DNA from: Cylindrospermopsis raciborskii Cr2010
GTDB taxonomy: Bacteria; Cyanobacteriota; Cyanobacteriia; Cyanobacteriales; Nostocaceae
NCBI RefSeq assembly: GCF_003367075.2
Contig: NZ_CP065936.1
Span: 1,200,001 to 1,232,000 of the forward strand
DNA length: 32,000 nucleotides
Direction: 5' to 3'
Numbering within the stretch: position 1 is the stretch's first letter; every line of letters starts with the position of its first letter. This document shows positions 10,730 to 18,635 of the stretch, in pieces. The notes beneath the pieces were generated by a model. The model was not told the DNA's origin. It made no database searches and saw only the letters and a program-made list of their open reading frames with translations. A program made the position numbers and the translations under genes.

Positions 10730-11485
10730 GGCGTTGCATATTTGCGGGATGAATCAACTAAACGCGGGTATTACTTCATACTTTAAATAGTGAAGTAATA
10801 ATTTAATTGAATACCTAAGCATATCTACAGATTTTGAATAGCATAGCGTTTTTCTATGTAGTCGCGCTAAGTAGTGACGTAAACGTGTATTTTCACCCTC
10901 TACCCTAGTCATATATGTTTTGCTCACAATATGATCCTCTGGCTGAATAAAACTCGGATAAACCCTCCACCCATCAGTAACATAAAAAAAGCATTGCCAG
11001 AGTTTAACGATGTCCCACAAAGGTTGAAATGCTTGTGAGCTGTGGTCTCCCACAACCCAAGCCAGGATATTTTTACGGAAGTGATTTACTGCTGTCCACA
11101 ACCATATTTTGTTTTTTTTTGATCCCACAAAGGTCTCCAACTCATCAAGCTCACCTACCAAGGGTGTTTCCTCAACTGGTGGAGCATCTGGAAGTATGGA
11201 ACCAATTTGTTTTAGCCAGTAAATAATAGTTGTATGATGAACGCCTTTATCGCGTTCAATTGCTCTAAATCCCATACCGTTAACATAAGAGCGCAGGCAA
11301 CTTTGTTTAACTTCTTCTGAATAGCCTTTAGGTGGACTATAGACATCGATAAATTGACGACCACAATCAACACAAATGTGATTTTGTTTACCTCGACGTT
11401 TGCCATTCTTTCTGATTTTGGAAGACCCGCAGTTTGGACAATGCACAGTAGATTACCTCAATTCATACCTCTATTATGCAACGCC
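10730..11485 (-). mobile_element. IS1-family insertion sequence, 756 bp, apparently intact
   Basis: Terminal inverted repeats ggcgttgcatatttgcgggatgaat (10730-10754) and the reverse complement of 11461-11485, ggcgttgcataatagaggtatgaat, match at 21/25. They are flanked by the 8-bp direct repeat agtttcta (10722-10729 and 11486-11493). The element holds a single transposase ORF. Confidence 0.9.
10754..11446 (-). CDS. IS1-family transposase (fused InsA-InsB type, single ORF)
   Basis: 230 aa, GTG start with gagg 9 nt upstream. N-terminal zinc finger CPNCG…CVDCG. The strings ELDELETFVGSKKNKIWLW, TDGWRVY and RVEGENTRLRHYLARLHRKTLCYSKS parallel the E. coli IS1 InsB strings DEQWGYVGAKSRQRWLF, TDGWPLY and [26 protein letters not shown]. 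Confidence 0.92.
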   Translation of the reverse strand: MHCPNCGSSKIRKNGKRRGKQNHICVDCGRQFIDVYSPPKGYSEEVKQSCLRSYVNGMGFRAIERDKGVHHTTIIYWLKQIGSILPDAPPVEETPLVGELDELETFVGSKKNKIWLWTAVNHFRKNILAWVVGDHSSQAFQPLWDIVKLWQCFFYVTDGWRVYPSFIQPEDHIVSKTYMTRVEGENTRLRHYLARLHRKTLCYSKSVDMLRYSIKLLLHYLKYEVIPAFS

Positions 11486-11857
11486 AGTTTCTAATACTTC
11501 CGTTGTTAAAATGCTTTCTTGAGAAACAATTGCTTTACAGAGTTGATGACTTTCAATGGCATAGGTTTGTGCTTTTTGCCAATCCCCAGTAGATCTGCTA
11601 CCCAGATCACCAGCGATTCTTTGCAAACGTTCCCGGAAATTATCAGTATCAAGAAGATTGAGAGCATTGGCACTAATTTGCGATCGCAAGGAATACAACC
11701 AAGCGACTATCATTCCCGCAGCAACAATGCTGCCCAAACCTAGACTCAGGGGACGCATACCTACCCCATGGAAAAAGATACTTAAGCCAAGGATGATGGC
11801 CGTCAGCAGTAAGTAGGTTTGAGGGAGTTGTATCACTTTACGCCAGAATGTGGACAT
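11486..11857 (-). pseudogene. N-terminal fragment of the IS-disrupted 2-TM/coiled-coil protein gene
   Basis: ATG at 11857 with gagg upstream. Two predicted TM helices (YLLLTAIILGLSIFF, LGLGSIVAAGMIVAWLY). The ORF-track entry 11474..11857 ends at a stop supplied by the IS terminal repeat. Confidence 0.8.
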
Positions 11858-11953
11858 AGGGAGGCCTCAAGGGGGTTATCTCTGGGGGATCAGTCGTCGC
11901 ACGCCTTATGCCTATTTCTAGGGGGCGTAACTAAAATATACCATATTAATGAC

Positions 11954-13507
11954 TCACGCCCGAATTACGGTGATCCTGCGTTGGTTTTCCGTTATTACAA
12001 CTTCAGTGGATAACCTTTCTTCCATGGGTAGGGCATTTTTTCGCCTATCAAAGACAAATAACCAACCAAAATCTAATCCCAAACGAGCTAAATAAGATTC
12101 CAATTGTTCAATCCCTTCAGCTTGCGGATCCCTTTTTTTATCCCGCCATACCTTTAACTCAATCCCTAAAATTATGTCTTGATAACTCAAGCATAAATCC
12201 ATTCTGTCGCTACCAATGGCGTATTCTCTTTCCAAAACTCCTCCACCGTTCACCACCCGATGTAAAAAAGCCATTAATACTATGTGGGGGGCAATTTCAT
12301 GGTAAGCAGCACTACTTAATAATGGTTCTCCATGTTGTCGCCAAAATTTAAGAAATGCTGTTAACAAAGCATCCATATTTAATTTACCTTCCGGGGTTAA
12401 CCAAGAGGGTGCAATCATGGGTAAACTGTCTTGGGTTCCTTGTACTAGAACGCGCGGAATAACTTCACGATAAATCGGGTTGGAAATAACTAATCCCCCC
12501 ATTATATCACGTCGTAATATTCCTATATCAATTAAATATTGGCGATCATCTGCTGGAGTGTCTGGTAATGTCTTCCCTGCTAACATTGGTTCAATAATTG
12601 CTTTTATTCTTGGTTCTCTTAATCTTTCTGCTAAACTATCTAAATGGGTATCTTGACGCATAATTAATATTTCTTTAGCTTGTAAAATATGTTCTTTGGT
12701 AATAGCTATACTTCTATCCTTGACCATTTTTTCTACTACTTCTTTAGCCAAAGCATTCACTAACCATGGTTGTCCTTGGGTTAAATCATAAGCTATTTCT
12801 ATTGCTGCTGGTGTGAAAGTTTGTCCAGTTGCTTTCGTATGTTGTTGATATAATTCTTCCACCTCTCCAAGATTAAAGTTTCGCAGGGTAATAGAACTAA
12901 CTTTAATATTAAAAGGACTGGAGGTATTTAATCTATCACTACCACCGGATGCTACTTTATAATCCCGCACATCGCGTAAACCAATTAATCCTACCGATGA
13001 GGGAAAATTTTCTGGACGTTTAGAAAAACCATCTCGTAACTGTCGTAAAACAGAAATTAATGTTTGGTCTTGCAAAGAATCGATTTCATCTATAAATAAT
13101 ACTAGGGGACGATTTATAGCTCTTGACCATGCTCTTAGATTTTCAGCGATTCTCTGTCCAGGAACATTATAAACCCAAGTTTGAGGTTGTAGTTTTGCAG
13201 GTAAGCTATCCTCAATTGTATTTCGCCAAATTCCTAAAATGGCTAATTCTGCAGCACTGGGGTCATGATTAAATGCGCTTCCTACTTCCACTGATACCAT
13301 TACTGCAGCATAATTTCCTGTAGCAGTAAGTTGCTTTGCTAGGGATAACATGGCGGTGGTTTTCCCTGTTTGTCGTGGTGCATGAAGTACAAAGTAACTT
13401 TGTTGTTCTATTAGCATTGATAAGTCGGGTAAACGACTTGTGGGAGACAACATATAGTGAATATTGTCTTTACAAGGACCTGCAATATTAAACCAGCGAT
13501 TCACCAT
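11954..13507 (-). CDS. P-loop ATPase with a C-terminal PD-(D/E)xK-like nuclease motif (uncharacterised ATP-binding protein family)
   Basis: 517 aa. N-terminal FNIAGPC…HYML motif, then Walker A APRQTGKTT and Walker B LVLFIDEID. The C-terminal DRMDL…LGIELK pattern is consistent with a PD-(D/E)xK core. Confidence 0.82.
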   Translation of the reverse strand: MVNRWFNIAGPCKDNIHYMLSPTSRLPDLSMLIEQQSYFVLHAPRQTGKTTAMLSLAKQLTATGNYAAVMVSVEVGSAFNHDPSAAELAILGIWRNTIEDSLPAKLQPQTWVYNVPGQRIAENLRAWSRAINRPLVLFIDEIDSLQDQTLISVLRQLRDGFSKRPENFPSSVGLIGLRDVRDYKVASGGSDRLNTSSPFNIKVSSITLRNFNLGEVEELYQQHTKATGQTFTPAAIEIAYDLTQGQPWLVNALAKEVVEKMVKDRSIAITKEHILQAKEILIMRQDTHLDSLAERLREPRIKAIIEPMLAGKTLPDTPADDRQYLIDIGILRRDIMGGLVISNPIYREVIPRVLVQGTQDSLPMIAPSWLTPEGKLNMDALLTAFLKFWRQHGEPLLSSAAYHEIAPHIVLMAFLHRVVNGGGVLEREYAIGSDRMDLCLSYQDIILGIELKVWRDKKRDPQAEGIEQLESYLARLGLDFGWLFVFDRRKNALPMEERLSTEVVITENQRRITVIRA

Positions 13508-13588
13508 AATTTTATTATTTAGCGTATTATTTAGCGGACACTTTTATTCTAGACTATTTAGAGGGTGAGACTCATGCCATAATCACAG

Positions 13589-13925
13589 TAATTCTATTAA
13601 ATACACTTCCTACTTCCACTGATACCATTAAGTAGGGAGTCACAATTATTTGTAGGATGTGTTAGTGGTAGGGTAACCCGTGGGGGCGTTGGGTTTCGTT
13701 CCTCAACCCAACCTACGTTTATCTTATGTTTAATTCCACTTACCCACTTACTGCAGCGTAATTTCCTATAGCGGTAAATTGCTTCCCTAAGAATAACATA
13801 GCGGTAGCTTTATTTGTATACAATAGTATAAAAATATAAAAAAGGTTTAGCATCGCTAAACCTCCATAGAAAGCAGTTATTCGACACACCAGAACCAGTT
13901 TAAATTTACTCCCGGTCAAAATCAT
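13589..13925 (-). pseudogene. Decayed fragment of a paralog of the ATPase gene (Walker A region), interrupted by a repeat element
   Basis: 13596-13630 and 13734-13812 align to 13268-13302 and 13286-13395 of the intact gene. The translated remnant …KATAMLFLGKQFTAIGNYAAV compares with GKTTAMLSLAKQLTATGNYAAV. Similarity fades toward 13925, so the boundaries are approximate. Confidence 0.55.
13631..13733 (-). repeat. About 103-bp MITE-like insertion carrying the same 30-bp hairpin core as the rRNA-downstream repeats
   Basis: The core gttgggtttcgttcctcaacccaacctacg (13688-13717) is the exact reverse complement of 2635-2664. The insert is bracketed by 17-bp direct repeats of the target, ttccactgataccatta (13614-13630) and ttccacttacccactta (13734-13750). 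Confidence 0.65.
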
Positions 13926-13943
13926 CTTCCTTAAGGGGGAGTT

Positions 13944-14069
13944 ATGAATAAATTTGAACTTTTACACGAAACTCTTTTGAGCGATTGTAAACTCTCTCCC
14001 CAGTCGAGAACCTATAAAGTGTGGATGCAATTTAATCGCAATGGTACAATTCAAACAGTGGATTTCTGA
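13944..14069 (+). CDS. Candidate 41-aa small ORF (hypothetical)
   Basis: ATG is preceded by a strong Shine-Dalgarno-like aaggggga with 3-nt spacing. Translation is MNKFELLHETLLSDCKLSPQSRTYKVWMQFNRNGTIQTVDF. It is below the length cut-off of the ORF track, and I recognise no family. Confidence 0.3.
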   Translation: MNKFELLHETLLSDCKLSPQSRTYKVWMQFNRNGTIQTVDF

Positions 14070-14146
14070 GTAAAAGTAGACTAAAAACTTCTCAGTAATT
14101 CTCGTCCTATTTTTGGGACAAAAGCGGTTTATTCACATCCTAATCT

Positions 14147-15211
14147 ATGGTAGATAATAAAAACATCTTGTTGCGTAATCTTTGGTACTATGCACTACCC
14201 AGCAGTCAGCTAAAAACAGGTAAGATGGTATCACGTGTTTTACTCAAAGAACCTATACTATTCACAAGAGACAAAAATGGTCAAGTTTTTGCGATTGAAG
14301 ATATTTGTCCTCATCGTGCAGTTCCCTTGAGTTGTGGTAGATTTGATGGTGAACAGGTAGAATGCTGTTATCATGGTTGGCGCTTTAACAGTCAGGGCAA
14401 GTGTACAGAAATTCCATCACTGTTGCCAGAACAAAGTATAGATTTGAATAGGTTTAATGTTAAATCATATCCTGTTTATGAAACCCAGGGTAACATTTGG
14501 ATATACATGTATGATAAAGAAGGCCCTCCCATTAATGCTGAGATTGGTGATATTCCTCAAGTGCCAGGTTTTAGCAATAGAGAACCAGATTTAGTGGAAG
14601 TAATGAAATTTCCCTGTTTTATTGATCATGCAGTAACAGGTTTAATGGATCCTGCTCATTCCCCCTATGTTCACCAGGTATGGTGGTGGAGAAGTGGAAA
14701 ACTGCATGAAGAAGTGAAACAATTTGATCCTTCCGATTATGGGTTTACGGTCAGACGCCATAAATTATCCGATAACACGGAAAATATGAGTCGATTATAT
14801 TGGTTAGTGGGTGGGGGAATACCAGAGGTGGAAATTTCTTTCCGTTTACCAGGGGTGAGAATTGAAGAAATTACCTTTGGCAAACATCGAGTTTGTAATT
14901 TAACCGCAGTTACACCAATTTCTGACACGGAAACGGAAGTAAATTTTGTTCTTTATGGTATACCAGCGTGGTTAAAAATATTTACACCTTTGATTCAAAT
15001 TCTAACTCGTAAATTTTTGGATCAAGATAGGAATGTGGTGGAAAAGCAACAAATTGGACTTCAATATAATCCGATTTTGCGTCTAATTAAAGATTCGGAT
15101 ATGCAAGCACAATGGTATTTTCAATTGAAACGGGAATTTAGCCGTGCAGCAGCAGAAAACAGAGAATTTGTTAATCCTGTAAAAAGTGTACTATTGAGGT
15201 GGCGTGCCTAA
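14147..15211 (+). CDS. Rieske [2Fe-2S] non-heme iron oxygenase (PaO/Tic55-like family)
   Basis: 354 aa. Rieske motif CPHR…(17 aa)…CCYHGW. A downstream D-x2-H-x4-H mononuclear iron motif (MDPAHSPYVH) is present. Confidence 0.85.
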   Translation: MVDNKNILLRNLWYYALPSSQLKTGKMVSRVLLKEPILFTRDKNGQVFAIEDICPHRAVPLSCGRFDGEQVECCYHGWRFNSQGKCTEIPSLLPEQSIDLNRFNVKSYPVYETQGNIWIYMYDKEGPPINAEIGDIPQVPGFSNREPDLVEVMKFPCFIDHAVTGLMDPAHSPYVHQVWWWRSGKLHEEVKQFDPSDYGFTVRRHKLSDNTENMSRLYWLVGGGIPEVEISFRLPGVRIEEITFGKHRVCNLTAVTPISDTETEVNFVLYGIPAWLKIFTPLIQILTRKFLDQDRNVVEKQQIGLQYNPILRLIKDSDMQAQWYFQLKREFSRAAAENREFVNPVKSVLLRWRA

Positions 15212-15291
15212 TATTCTTCAAGATTCCCTAATTTTTTAATAATTTGGGGTGTGAAGGAAAAGTAAGGGAGTTTTTAAAAACAGCTAAAGAT

Positions 15292-16221
15292 ATGACAATA
15301 ATAGTTTTTGGTAGTATTAATATGGATCTGGTAGCAACAACTCCCAGATTGCCCATACCAGGAGAAACCTTGTTAGGAGAAAGTTTTTTTACCGCACCCG
15401 GGGGTAAGGGAGCAAACCAAGCGGTAGCATTGGCAAAATTGGGTATTCCTACACAAATGATCGGTCGTGTTGGTAATGATAACTTTGGTAGACAACTAAT
15501 TAAAAATTTGGAAAGTTATGGTATAAAAACGGAGAATATTATAATTGATGACACTGTCAGTTCAGGAGTTGCGATAATTACTGTGGATCGGCGGGGTGAA
15601 AATAATATAATTGTTATACCCGGAGCCAATGGACAAGTCAACCAAGACAATATTGACAGATTATATGGTTTATTGCCATCAGCTAATGCCATACTATTGC
15701 AGTTAGAAATTCCTCTTGATATGGTAATTACTGTGGCCCAAATAGCTCACCAAGCTAAAGTCCAGGTTATTCTGGACCCCGCCCCTGTACCACCAATCAA
15801 TTTGCCAGAGGAAATTTATCCATTAGTTGACATAATTACACCCAACGAAATTGAAGCCAGTCAATTGGTAGGATTTGCTGTCAATGAAGAGCAAACCGCC
15901 TTCAAAGCTGGGGAGATTTTATTAACAAAAGGTGCAAGGTGTGTGGTGATTAAGTTGGGTGCAAAAGGTGTTTATTGCGCTACTAAAGAAGAAAGGTTTT
16001 TTATTCCCCCATTTTCCGTGAATGCCATAGATACGGTTGCTGCTGGGGATGCTTTTAACGGTGGTTTAGCAGCAGGACTTTTTCATCACAAGACTCTGCG
16101 AGAAGCGGTGATTTGGGGTGGAGCTGCGGGAGCTTTAGCAACAACTCAAATGGGTGCTCAAAGTTCTTTCCCTGATATGATGACATTAAAAACTTTTTTT
16201 GACAAAATGACAAGGGAATAA
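15292..16221 (+). CDS. rbsK: Ribokinase (PfkB family)
   Basis: Begins MTIIVFGSINMDLV…PGGKGANQAVA and has the C-terminal DTVAAGDAFNGG motif. I chose the ATG at 15292 rather than the TTG at 15244 in the ORF track. Confidence 0.85.
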   Translation: MTIIVFGSINMDLVATTPRLPIPGETLLGESFFTAPGGKGANQAVALAKLGIPTQMIGRVGNDNFGRQLIKNLESYGIKTENIIIDDTVSSGVAIITVDRRGENNIIVIPGANGQVNQDNIDRLYGLLPSANAILLQLEIPLDMVITVAQIAHQAKVQVILDPAPVPPINLPEEIYPLVDIITPNEIEASQLVGFAVNEEQTAFKAGEILLTKGARCVVIKLGAKGVYCATKEERFFIPPFSVNAIDTVAAGDAFNGGLAAGLFHHKTLREAVIWGGAAGALATTQMGAQSSFPDMMTLKTFFDKMTRE

Positions 16222-16226
16222 TAAGA

Positions 16227-17279
16227 ATGAAACTACAAGTTAGCACCTTTACTGTCAATAAGAGGTTTGCCCTAACAATTAGCAGGGGAACAACTGCACA
16301 AACCACAAACATCTGGGTTAAGATTATGGAAGGCGGTATTGAAGGATGGGGAGAAGCATCTCCATTTGGTGTAGGAAGTTATCGAGAAACCACTGATGTA
16401 ATTTTCCAGTCTTTGCAAGAAATATCTTCCATGCTAGAATCCTATAGTCCTTGGCAGCGGGATGATATTAGTAAAATTTTAACACAACATCAAATTCCGT
16501 CTGCTGCTAAGACTGCTATAGATATGGCACTACACGACTGGATGGGTAAGAATGTGGGTTTACCATTGTGGCAAATTTGGGGACTTAATATAAATACCAT
16601 AGTACCAACTTCTGTTACTATTGGTATTAACTCACCACAGGGTGCTGCAGCTAGGGCAAGGGATTGGTTGCAACATATGGATGTGCAACTACTAAAAGTT
16701 AAGTTAGGAGCAAAGGAGGGAATAGATGCGGATAAAAAAATGATATTGGCAGTTAAAGAAGCTGCTCCTAAGGTGGATTTATTTGTGGATGCGAATGGGG
16801 GTTGGAGTTTACCAGATGCAATTGCTATGTCCCATTGGTTGGCCGATTTAGGGGTTAAATATCTCGAACAACCATTACCTAAAGGTGAGGAGCAGAAATT
16901 ACCGTTTTTGAAAAAACAATCACCTCTACCCATTTTTGTAGATGAAAGTTGCTTCACTAGCACTGATATTCCCCCACTAGCTGATTATGTAGATGGAATT
17001 AATATTAAACTGATGAAATCAGGAGGGTTAGAAGAGGCTTGGAGAATGGTGAATACCGCTAAGGCGCATAACTTACAAGTAATGTTTGGCTGCTATTCCG
17101 ATAGTTCACTAGCTAATACCGCAGCTTCTCATATAGCACCATTAGCAGACTATTTGGACTTGGACAGTCATTTAAATTTAATAGATGATCCTTTTGTTGG
17201 TGCATCAGTTACAGAAGGACGAATTATACCTAATAGTTTACCAGGTTTAGGAGTACAATACAGTGCGCTTACCACTTAA
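16227..17279 (+). CDS. Enolase-superfamily dipeptide epimerase (L-Ala-D/L-Glu epimerase-like)
   Basis: 350 aa. Catalytic and metal pattern KVKLG, DANGGW, EQP, DES and KLMKSGG is typical of the MLE/dipeptide-epimerase subgroup. It starts 5 nt after the rbsK stop. Confidence 0.85.
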   Translation: MKLQVSTFTVNKRFALTISRGTTAQTTNIWVKIMEGGIEGWGEASPFGVGSYRETTDVIFQSLQEISSMLESYSPWQRDDISKILTQHQIPSAAKTAIDMALHDWMGKNVGLPLWQIWGLNINTIVPTSVTIGINSPQGAAARARDWLQHMDVQLLKVKLGAKEGIDADKKMILAVKEAAPKVDLFVDANGGWSLPDAIAMSHWLADLGVKYLEQPLPKGEEQKLPFLKKQSPLPIFVDESCFTSTDIPPLADYVDGINIKLMKSGGLEEAWRMVNTAKAHNLQVMFGCYSDSSLANTAASHIAPLADYLDLDSHLNLIDDPFVGASVTEGRIIPNSLPGLGVQYSALTT

Positions 17280-18321
17280 TCAAAAAATAGCTGTTCTCTT
17301 ACATGAAGCTCTGACAAAATCTCATGGCAAAACTGGCCTTTCCATTTTGCGCTACAGTGACTCACCTATTGTTGCGGTTATAGATAGAGAATGTCCAGGT
17401 CAGTCTATATTAGAGTTGACAGGAATTAAAAGAAGTGTACCAATTGTGGCATCTGTAAGTGCAGCTTTGCCCTATCAACCAGAAGTTTTAGTTATTGGTA
17501 TTGCACCAAAGGGTGGCATTCTTCCTGATCATTACTGGACTGAGATTAAGGAAGCATTGAAGTCGGGAATGTCCGTTGTCAATGGGCTACATACACCCCT
17601 AGCAAACATACCAGATTTAATCTCCCTCGTACAACCAGGAAAGACCATTTGGGATGTGCGCAAGGAACCACCTAATTTGGAAATCGCTTCGGGTTTGGCA
17701 CGCAATCTCCCCTGTCGTCGTGTGCTAACAGTGGGTACGGATATGTCTATTGGTAAAATGTCTACTAGTCTGGAATTACATCATTCGGCAAAATTGCTAG
17801 GACTTCGCTCTAAATTTATAGCCACTGGTCAAACCGGTTTGATGTTGGAAGGGGATGGAGTAGCACTGGATGCAGTCCGGGTGGATTTTGCTGCTGGCGC
17901 TGTGGAGCAGTTGGTTATGCGTTTTGGTCAATACTATGACATCCTTCAAATTGAAGGTCAGGGTTCTTTATTACACCCCGGTTCAACGGCAACTTTGCCT
18001 CTGATTCGCGGTTCCCAACCCACCCATCTGATTTTAGTCCATCGTGCAGGACAAACTCATAACCATAATAATCCTCATGTTCCTATCCCTCCTCTCACGG
18101 ATGTAATTAAAATGTATGAAATGGTAGCTGGTGCTGCTGGCGCTTTTGCTAAAGTACCTGTGGTGGCGATCGCTCTGAATACGAAAGATCTGAATGAAGC
18201 TGCTGCTGAACAGGCGATCGCCCAAACTGCGTCTGAAACTGGCTTACCTTGTACAGATCCTATACGCTTTGGTGGGGGAATACTATTAGATGCCATTATA
18301 AATAACAATTATCAAGAGTAG
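17263..18321 (+). CDS. DUF1611-family protein (DgcN-like putative N-acetyltransferase)
   Basis: 352 aa, GTG start with aggag 10 nt upstream, overlapping the epimerase gene by 17 nt. The family call comes from recalled DUF1611 features and its typical pairing with dipeptide-epimerase genes. Confidence 0.7.
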   Translation: MRLPLNQKIAVLLHEALTKSHGKTGLSILRYSDSPIVAVIDRECPGQSILELTGIKRSVPIVASVSAALPYQPEVLVIGIAPKGGILPDHYWTEIKEALKSGMSVVNGLHTPLANIPDLISLVQPGKTIWDVRKEPPNLEIASGLARNLPCRRVLTVGTDMSIGKMSTSLELHHSAKLLGLRSKFIATGQTGLMLEGDGVALDAVRVDFAAGAVEQLVMRFGQYYDILQIEGQGSLLHPGSTATLPLIRGSQPTHLILVHRAGQTHNHNNPHVPIPPLTDVIKMYEMVAGAAGAFAKVPVVAIALNTKDLNEAAAEQAIAQTASETGLPCTDPIRFGGGILLDAIINNNYQE

Positions 18322-18635
18322 GCACATCAACCTGGGGAAATGGGTTCAGATAAATTTCCCAGAAAATATAGTACAAATAAACTAAACAAAAATATACTGA
18401 AAAACAAAAATTAATCATGCACCTAAATCACAATACAAAAATACCATTTACACTATTCAGACGGAAAAATAGAGGATTGTTATATTAACCCGGGTGTCTC
18501 CATAAACAACGTAAAAAAGGTCACAAAAAAAGTTGCCAAAATGGCAGTAATTTTTCGATGCAGAATCAAAGGATGCGTGCTAAGGTTTTATTTCCTTGAT
18601 TGTTCCTTCATCTGTTCTTTATAGTACATCTGCCC

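Noticed and set aside
15244-15291. TTG-initiated N-terminal extensions in the ORF track (15244 for rbsK, 18600 for the Rep-like gene, 27744 for the CobO-like gene, 10757 for the IS-split fragment)
   Set aside because: In each case an in-frame ATG a few codons downstream begins the conserved part of the protein. The extensions are short, unconserved-looking or, at 10757, derived from the IS terminal repeat.
16490-16963. 157-aa minus-strand ORF and many other 60-105-aa antisense ORFs (e.g. 3250..3471, 6886..7086, 7651..7944, 9249..9622, 11029..11406, 11519..11743, 14737..14928, 18034..18308, 18749..20005, 21952..22203, 23607..23843, 24960..25199, 26223..26426, 27908..28245, 28768..28980)
   Set aside because: All are nested antisense or out of frame within longer ORFs that carry clear family motifs. 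None has a recognisable motif or RBS.
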